Below are positions 56,701-64,000 of a DNA stretch of 64,000 nucleotides, piece by piece; positions within the stretch are counted from its first letter, which is position 1; each line of letters begins with the position of its first letter. The notes beneath the pieces are model-generated. The model ran no database searches, was not told where the DNA came from, and saw only the letters and a program-made list of their open reading frames with translations. The position numbers and the translations under genes were made by a program. Source of the stretch: Takakia lepidozioides (taxonomy: Eukaryota > Plantae > Bryophyta); assembly GCA_030704615.1 (NCBI GenBank), contig CM060731.1, forward strand, positions 20,026,001 to 20,090,000. The letters are read 5' to 3'.

Positions 56701-58991
56701 TCCCACATTTGATGACCTGGGCTATGATTTCCTTGTAGAAATCATCGGCATGCAAACACCAATCTTATCGACAACCAATGGTGACCCCCATGAAAAAGCA
56801 TTATTAGGACGTGAACCAGTTTAGACTTGGTGCTGAGACAATAAATATCCAAGTAATAGCAAATTCTGATGCTGACTTGCTTTCAGTAGAATGTGACTTT
56901 CACAATCCTAGTTCATGTCTTCCTCTGCTATTCAGGTACTGAAAACACGCAAAACATAGGTAGGATGGAGACACCTCCACATCAAGGCAACTGCATGCTG
57001 CCTCCAAGCAGGCTTCCAATGCCCGAAACTCAAATGGCAGCACATTGGGGCCTCCCCCTGTCCGTCCCGGACTGCTCCCCTCGATCTTGAAGCTTGTGCG
57101 TAACTGGGGAAGTCCAGGAGATGAACCATCTGCAGTCACAGCACCCTGTAGCTCCAGCCCACCAGCTTGCATCAACTCCTCACGGTTCAATTCATGACTA
57201 GATGGTATCCGGCTTAGACATTCCGTTGGGGTATTTGTGTTCAGCCTGGGACCTCCGTCTCCATCATTATCACTTAGTCCACCGCCTCCATCCCCAGGTA
57301 CCTTCACCAGACATAAGTCGCTCCATTAGTTTCCTGAAGGTCTTTCAGATACCAATGCCAAAAGCAGATTCAGCCAATACATACTGTCAGACAGGATGGT
57401 CATGCATTGTAAGCTTGTGTTTAAGCATCTCCATGCCCAAAACACGGGTCACTCCAAATGACAGTAAAGAGATTTTATAAATTAGTGGCAGACCTGGAGA
57501 AGCAGAAGACTTCTCTAGTTCCTTTTTGGAGACCTAATTAAGAGCCTTCTGATCTGACAGCTGACAGTTAGCGTCAAGAATAACTAGTTGCAAAGGATGA
57601 TCTTTTTTTGCTAAGGCAAACTGTACACTACATTTGACCCTGTATAGAAGAAATGTCCCTTTTATGCTGGCCCTAAGTGAACCAAGGGAGTCCATCATGC
57701 ACACATGCAGAATCTTCTGCATCAGAGAGCTCTGTCCTGTATTTCTAATAGCCGTACACTGGGCCTACGCAGAAGCTTTAATCCCAGGGGATCAACAAGA
57801 TTGCTGTTATCACTTCTCTTAGTTACCAGAAAATACCACGCATCCCCAGAAAATCACTTAACACATAACCATTCTTCATGGATAAGCCCTTGGTCTAGAA
57901 AAGGAAATAAGGGTCGAGACCGAGGGGCCTGTCCTCCCCAGAAACTGCATTTTGCCTGCATCAATTGAATGATTTAACAGAGAAACCCACCTGCTGGCCA
58001 AGTGCATTGAAGTGCAAAGGGAGGCGGCGCTGCAGGTCCAGCACAAAGGGGGCCACTGCTTTGTCCTTAGAGTTGAGCAGCAACACCTCATGGGCTGTGA
58101 TGATGGCCTTTATGTGCTCCAGGTTTACAACTATAGCATGCTCCCGCCCCAATATTGTGGAAGGATATGAAAGCAATGGATCCAAAATTCGAAGGTCTCG
58201 GGCCGGCAGGCATGCACGCCGCATGATGGCATGCTTGCCAGCCTCCACTACCTGAATCAGATTAGTTGTTTATCATAATATTTAAATATCCACCACAATT
58301 GAGCATTCAAGGTACACTTTATATGACACAGGTGTAGAGTGCCACTAGGAATTGAACACCCAAACCTTGTCCAGAGGAAGATTAACTCGTGAGGCATGAC
58401 ACTCTGTGTGCCCGAAATTCCAGCAGTACCCTGGGTTCGATTGAAATACTAAATGGTTAGGTTGGTGAAAGAGACTCTCTGCCTGCAAGAGAGAATGTAC
58501 TCATTTTCCACCCTTAAGACCACAGCTCGTATACTGGCCATCAAAGCACCGATAGTGAGGATTAGACAACAGAGGGTAAGAGCAGGAAAAGTCGCCCTTT
58601 ATGGCTACAAGGTTTGAGGGTTGATTGGTGGGTGCTTTGATATTTACCGCAGAAAGAATGGCGATGGTTCCAGCACTACTTGTCTAGCCCTCTGGCTTGC
58701 AACAGATGTGACACCTGTGGCTATGGTTGCAATGTGAGTCATACTGCTCAGGAAAAACGAACACCATTTGCAGGAGAGAAATCAAGAGAGAGGCAACCAG
58801 CTAAAAACTGGACGCGAATCAAAACCATCACTCACCTGCGCAGACCCATGCACATCGATGAGTAGCCAAGTCCGGACACCCGTGCCCTTCTTATTCCGCA
58901 ACCCAAGCACATGGCGCTCGCCTTTCTCCCTCTCCTCATCCGTGAGAGTCGCATTGGGTGGCACACTCTTCACTTGTGTGCGAGGCCTCAT
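53720..58991 (-). CDS. MRS2: MRS2/MGT (CorA-family) magnesium transporter, 7 coding exons
   Basis: Approximate exons: 58991-58836 (KKGTGVRTWLLID), 58251-57991 (LPARDLRILDPLLSYPSTILGRE..VVNLEHIKAIITAHEVLL), 57332-56975 (LPFEFRALEACLE), 56543-56414, 56001-55748 (VRDEIEQLLDDDGDMAEMYLT), ~54570-54417 (ELEMLLEAYFVQIDGT) and 54001-53720 (REYVDDTEDYINIMLDDKQN..GVFGMNI plus two TM helices). The GMN motif is intact. Confidence 0.96.
55081..55150 (+). mobile_element. Degenerate tRNA-derived SINE-like head in an MRS2 intron
   Basis: A-box-like TGGACCAGTGG (55090) and B-box-like GGCTTCAAGCC (~55133) lie at tRNA-like spacing. No cloverleaf forms. Confidence 0.35.
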
Positions 58992-59571
58992 TGCCGTTTG
59001 AAGTAATTGTTTCGCTCAGATTTGCAAGCGAATCTCCCAATCGAACTAATTCGAATCTGAAGATCTGCCGTGATTGAAGCAATAGGAAATTTTATTGAAC
59101 ATAAAGAGCTCAGATGTGGTGACTATCTTGTGCGCACTTATGCTGTTACCACAGCGACAATTTGAACCTAATTTCACAGTCGTACAGGACTGGACCCCTT
59201 CTCTTCTAATCTTCCTCCCTCACTTCAATTCCAAACGAAGCGACCAAGATTCCCTTTCAGTTCACATAATCCACCACATCTTCCAGGAAAAGTGGTCCAC
59301 ATGAGCTTCGAATTCTTGCCCAAGCTTCAGCAGTTGACGCATTCTTCGCACTCTATATGATTTCCCACCGAAGCACATGCGGCACGAAATTATCCTTCCC
59401 CATCTCTCCCACTCCTAGCTACCACACCAACCTCACGGCACTTCAATTCTAACAGAAACTCGGTAGAACTCTTCACAAACTCGCCTTGGACCTCCATACA
59501 GAGCTCCACACCGGGATCATGTGGATGGATAGAACTTGCAACTTGACGGATGGATGAGCTAGCCAATTCCA

Positions 59572-59739
59572 TTTTCTTTTTTTTTCTTTTTTTTTATATG
59601 GTGTTTGGAAACACCGGTGGGCCATGGAGGCATGACAGGGGGCAGAGACCAAGCCCGAAGGCATAGAGACAGATGACAGGGATTTGAACCCCAGACCCGC
59701 AGGCCAGTACACGAGTGGTTTACCACCGGGCCACAGACC
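59572..59739 (-). mobile_element. tRNA-derived SINE
   Basis: The minus strand reads GGTCTG-TGGCCCGGTGG (A box)...GGTTCAAATCC (B box), then an ~80-nt body and an A-rich tail (T-run 59572-59595 on +). Confidence 0.8.
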
Positions 59740-60247
59740 TGTAGTGTTTCTTTTAGTGTTTTGTTTTGTTTTTTTTTTTTTTGGGAGAAAGGGGACTGAG
59801 GCCCTGCTTTGTTTTCCTTTTTAAGTTGATTGAAAATAAAGAATGAGATTTTCAGCCGTGAGATGTAGAGAGCGATAGAATGGTTGTACACGGTAAAGAT
59901 TGAGCGTATGGACGGCCCGGATGTGTGGAAGTGTGTGTTCAGTATACCGGGAAACACAGAGGGGGAAGGCAAAGCAGACGCCGTGCTACCGACATCCTGC
60001 GTGCGCTCAAGCAGATCGGGAAGAAGATCGGATGGCGTCTACAAAGAAACAACATCAGCATCGGAGGAAGGGCATTCTACTGGAATTATATGACTGTGCG
60101 GGAGATTTTTGGAGCAAAATGTGAGTGGAGTTTCAGTGAACGATCTTTTAGGACCTTGGAAGTCGGTGGAGGAGGGAGGAAAGGAGATCATGGAACATAG
60201 GATAAAGATGAGAGAGTGAATCGGACGTAGTTGTTCGGAGACACGCC

Positions 60248-63200
60248 ATGGCGGGCCTGGCATTGGCGATTGAGTTGCTGGCGAAGAGCCCTGCTCTTTC
60301 CTCAAAGTCTCTACATTCTTTTTCCACTCTCAGTGCTCTTTCTGCTGCGGCCGTTGCTTCCTCGGGTATCTCGTTTCTTCCTGGCCATCTTTCAGGCCTC
60401 TCGAGGTTTGACGCGAGGTATATGCTCTACATTTTGCATTTTGTCTCGCTTTTGACACTTGCTGTAGTTTCTTTGATAAATAAGACAAAAGGAAAAAGGA
60501 AGTGGGGGTGACATAGGTGCAGACTAAGACTTGTGTAAAAATTCCCAAGCTCTTTGTCGGTTCTTCTTCATTCTGGGAAAGTGTTCATCATCAATTCCGA
60601 CGATCCGAGAGAAGTTGTTCACAGGAGAATTCTGTCAAGATTCCCTTTTCTTCTCTTTGGGTTGGTTGCATGAGACCAAGTGTTATATGTATACAACTTG
60701 AGTCATGAATTGTGACGCAGTTTTTAGTTACGTCGGTTTGTAAGGAGATCTTCGATATTTATGTGTGTGTTACTACCCCGGTTTTCTCTCCTAGGTCTGA
60801 TTGTGATTGTAGCACCGCCGATGTGTTCTCACATCAAATCAACCTCCGTGTTGTTGTCTTCTTACTCTCCTTGAATCTAGAGAAGCTGCTCGTTGGCAAT
60901 TTGTCTTGTTGTGGCCTTTCAACCTTCATCTTTCTGCCTGAAACACCACAGGATGTCCAAAGTTGTGTTCCTCATTGTTGCCTCGAGCTGTCACTAACTA
61001 AGCTGTTTTATTTATTTCCCACTAGCTTGGAGGCCGGTGCCCTATGTTGTTATTTTTTGTAACTCCGTATTCCCTGCATCTTTCTCCAGGGTTGGAAACA
61101 ATCCGCCTTACGGTCGTGTATTTACTGTTTCCCTCTGCTTTCTGCGGTCCACATTAGATCTGTTCTCAACTAGGACGTTAGGATGGGGTATGCTTTTTAT
61201 TTACATACATAAGACAGATGTCCACAAGAGCTGAAAATGCTCTGTATCATAGTATGCACGTCTTTTGTGGCAAAGGATATTGAAGGGCGTTTTTGTTTCC
61301 TCAGTGGCTTGATTAACTGTGGTACAGTGGTGTTTTCTGACATAGACAGTGTGATCTTTTCAGGGATTGGAATGGGCAGGTTGCACACTGTGAGGAGGCT
61401 TTAGATCCAGAAAAGTGGGACTCAAGGTGGTTGCCATCATGGCAGCCAAAGTCAGATTACTCCGTCAAAACATATGATGTAGAGTTGAAGCCATTATTCT
61501 CTGCCTTCAGAATAAGAGCCATTGGAGCGACAACCCTCAGAGCCGTCCTGGTGAACTATTTGCCTTTACTGGAGGCTTACTTACAACCTGAAGAAGACGA
61601 AACAGAGGACGATTCTGATCGACCTGGGCGGTTGCCAGTGGACCCTGTTATCCCCCTGAAGCGGTCCGCTACACACATTGTTCGAGAGGTAGGTTGTTAT
61701 ATGTGTTTGACATTTCACTTCTGGAACAAGGTGGTTTTCACAGTGCAGACCACTTAACATCGTGTGTTAGCAGATGATCCATAGCGGGGGCTTAACTGCA
61801 GAGGAAGTTGCAACTTATGACACACTTTAATTCTCTAATCTTATCCTGAGTTGTAGAATTCTCACTCCTGCCCTGGTGGTTTTGACGGCAGGTTGCTGTG
61901 ATCACCACAAGACGAGTCTTGGAGAGGGGAGCTGTGCACTATGTAACGCGCCGTATGGCATGGAAAATGCTAAAAGGTGTGATCAAGCTCTGACACATTG
62001 ATGTACATTGTGATATGTTATGTTGGAGCTGGAGGATCTTTATCAATTGATTACTGCATGCTTTGCTCTGAGGATGGCCTTTTCCTTATTCATGGAAGTC
62101 CATTAAGTGGATACTATGACGGCAGACTGGATGCTGGAATAGGTATCTATACCTAGGTCTCTAGAGCACTTCACTTAAAGCAAGCTCCAGCAGTGAGCAT
62201 TGTTTGCAACTATGAAACGACTGCTAATGTGCAACATCTTGGCAGTCTTAAGAGTCCATAATATGTACCTGTGTGGAAATATTTGATTAAGACGGACAGG
62301 CTCAATGACACTATCCAGGCAAAGAACGATTGTCTTTGTTTCTTCACAGGGGATATGAGGAGATGTTCTTAGTTGTATGTAGGTCTGATTTTGGTTGTTT
62401 CTTTGCTTTTGTCTTTACCAGCTGTATGGGGTGTCTGCAGATATACCTAGATCAGCTGTGCGCAAAGCTGGGAGGGATATTTCCAACTGGCAGCTGTTGA
62501 CCAGTGTTTGCAAGACAACTTTTCGTGGTTGGTGGTGTTTAAACTTCTTACAGCACTCATTCTTTTGTGCAGTAGTCTCACTAATATCTTGGAGTTTGCT
62601 GTCTGTCACACATTTCTCGGGGGCACCCAAGTACATTTCAATCTGAATGACTCCATTATTTGCGATATCCGAGTAACAGTAGTTATGGAGTCTGCTGAAA
62701 CAAGGTTTGTGGGGGTTGCAGGTCATGCATTGGGAGTGCTAGCCAATTGGTTGGTGCAGTTGGTGTTGGACATCTACAGATGCATTCACAATTCTTTCAG
62801 TTTGAGGAAGAAGGAGGACAGGCCTCTTGGGATGGACATGAGAGAGCTGAAGCGGCTAGCCAGAAGAACAGCTGGAAACACACTCAAGGGTAGTGCGTCA
62901 CTCATTCTGGCCTCATTTGGTGCTGGACTTGGCACAGTTCTCATCAGACCGTCCACAGGAACTTGGATTGGTACTTTCTAGCTACCTTCTACATTCACTG
63001 GAGTTGGAGGTTCAGTTGCTAACTCATTGTGCTATCATATGTGAAGGCATTCAGGAGTCAATGTGCTCCTGATGCAAGTGATGTGTTGTCTGAGTCACAA
63101 AGTACTCCTGGGAAATTCCAGCTCTGCCTTTAATACTCCTGGTATTTTGAATGCTGCTACAAAACCTAGGTGGTTGTGAGATGGCTACTTGCGTTTGCAC

Positions 63201-63518
63201 AATCCTTTGTTCTTACACTACACTTGCAAACAAAGCCAAACTATTATGGACTTGATGCCTTGCCATGGATGAAGAAGTTTATCTTGCACTTTTTGCATTC
63301 CATGTGTATGTCTCACTAAGTTCTGGAGACCGCTGCTTTTGTTGTCTCTGGTTATAGGGACAAAGAATTGCAGACCAGGTGGTGATTATCTTGTTTGTGT
63401 GACGTGCATTGCAGGTTGTGCCGCTGGTGATTTTGCTGGACCTTTCTTGGTTGGTATTTGTTTGGATACCTGGATTGTGTATGGCACATTCACTCCTGGA
63501 GGAGAAAGGGGTCGCTAG
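60248..63518 (+). CDS. Conserved plant protein of unknown function, possibly organelle-membrane targeted; 6 exons
   Basis: The exon chain is phase-consistent: 60248-60405 or 60417 (MAGLALAIELLAKSP.., Ser/Ala-rich), 61364-61688 (VAHCEE..YDVELKPLFSAF..YLPLLE..PVDPVIPLKRS), 61892-61976 (TTRRVLER..MAWKMLK), 62441-62527, 62722-62970 (hydrophobic, LIRPSTGTWIG) and 63415-63518 (stop TAG). The motifs are recognisable from an uncharacterised land-plant family that I cannot name with certainty. Confidence 0.88.
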
Positions 63519-64000
63519 ACCACATGCTGATGTCTCTCATGTTAACAGGGGAAGATGCTGCGGCAATGCTGCACCACCTAAATGGTCTGCTGTTAATGCT
63601 ATTTGAGGCCACAAGAAAGTCCATGTTTGATGCTATTTTTTCTTTTGATGACATTTGGCCTGTAGAAGTTTTTGTCGCTGTTAGACTGTCAGTGTCTTTG
63701 CTGAGTGCATTGCCAGTACGATTTTTTGGAGTGACACAATGTCAAGAGCAAGGCTGAGAGTAACTCTCAATAGTCAGGATAGAATAATTGTTGGAAAAGG
63801 TGCAAAGGAATGTACGAAAGCTCAGTTTTAACAACAATTTATGTGCACAATGAGAGGCGTCTTTGAGTTGCCTGCAATTAGAAATCCATCTTACATTATG
63901 CCACCCCACTGTGGCTTTATGTACCTTGGAACAGGCCTGGTAAGGGGCTAACCCAGAGAGCATGCTGCCTCCAACAGCACTGTAATGGCTGGTGAAGCCC

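Noticed and set aside
59670-59739. tRNA gene
   Set aside because: A and B boxes are present, but there is no acceptor or anticodon stem, and a body plus A-tail follows, so it is a SINE.

Overview
Eukaryotic, intron-rich land-plant DNA, probably a non-seed plant (inferred from composition and repeat types; the species cannot be fixed). No prokaryotic features are present. Three host genes were found: (1) a ~45-kb, roughly 70-exon ATM kinase gene on + (5424-50458), from the N-terminal 'MITIEDVEELNNKLLSEKAKVRE' to the FATC end 'DPERLCNMFPGWGAWL*'; (2) an MRS2/CorA Mg2+ transporter on - (53720-58991); (3) a divergently oriented conserved plant protein of unknown function on + (60248-63518). The rest is transposon-derived. 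Ty3/gypsy pieces lie at 1-3443. ATM introns hold two RTE/RTEX-like LINE families, hAT-type MITEs and a stray gag-like fragment. tRNA-derived SINEs lie in an MRS2 intron and the MRS2/gene 3 spacer. GC-rich Mutator-like ends flank ATM on both sides, one fused to a SWIM/MULE transposase-like N-terminus. The most unusual signals are a young tail-less LINE family whose TSDs all begin with TCT, pieces of it that start at the deletion breakpoints of the longest copy, and a possible frameshift in one ATM exon. Exon coordinates were read by eye and are approximate to a few bases.
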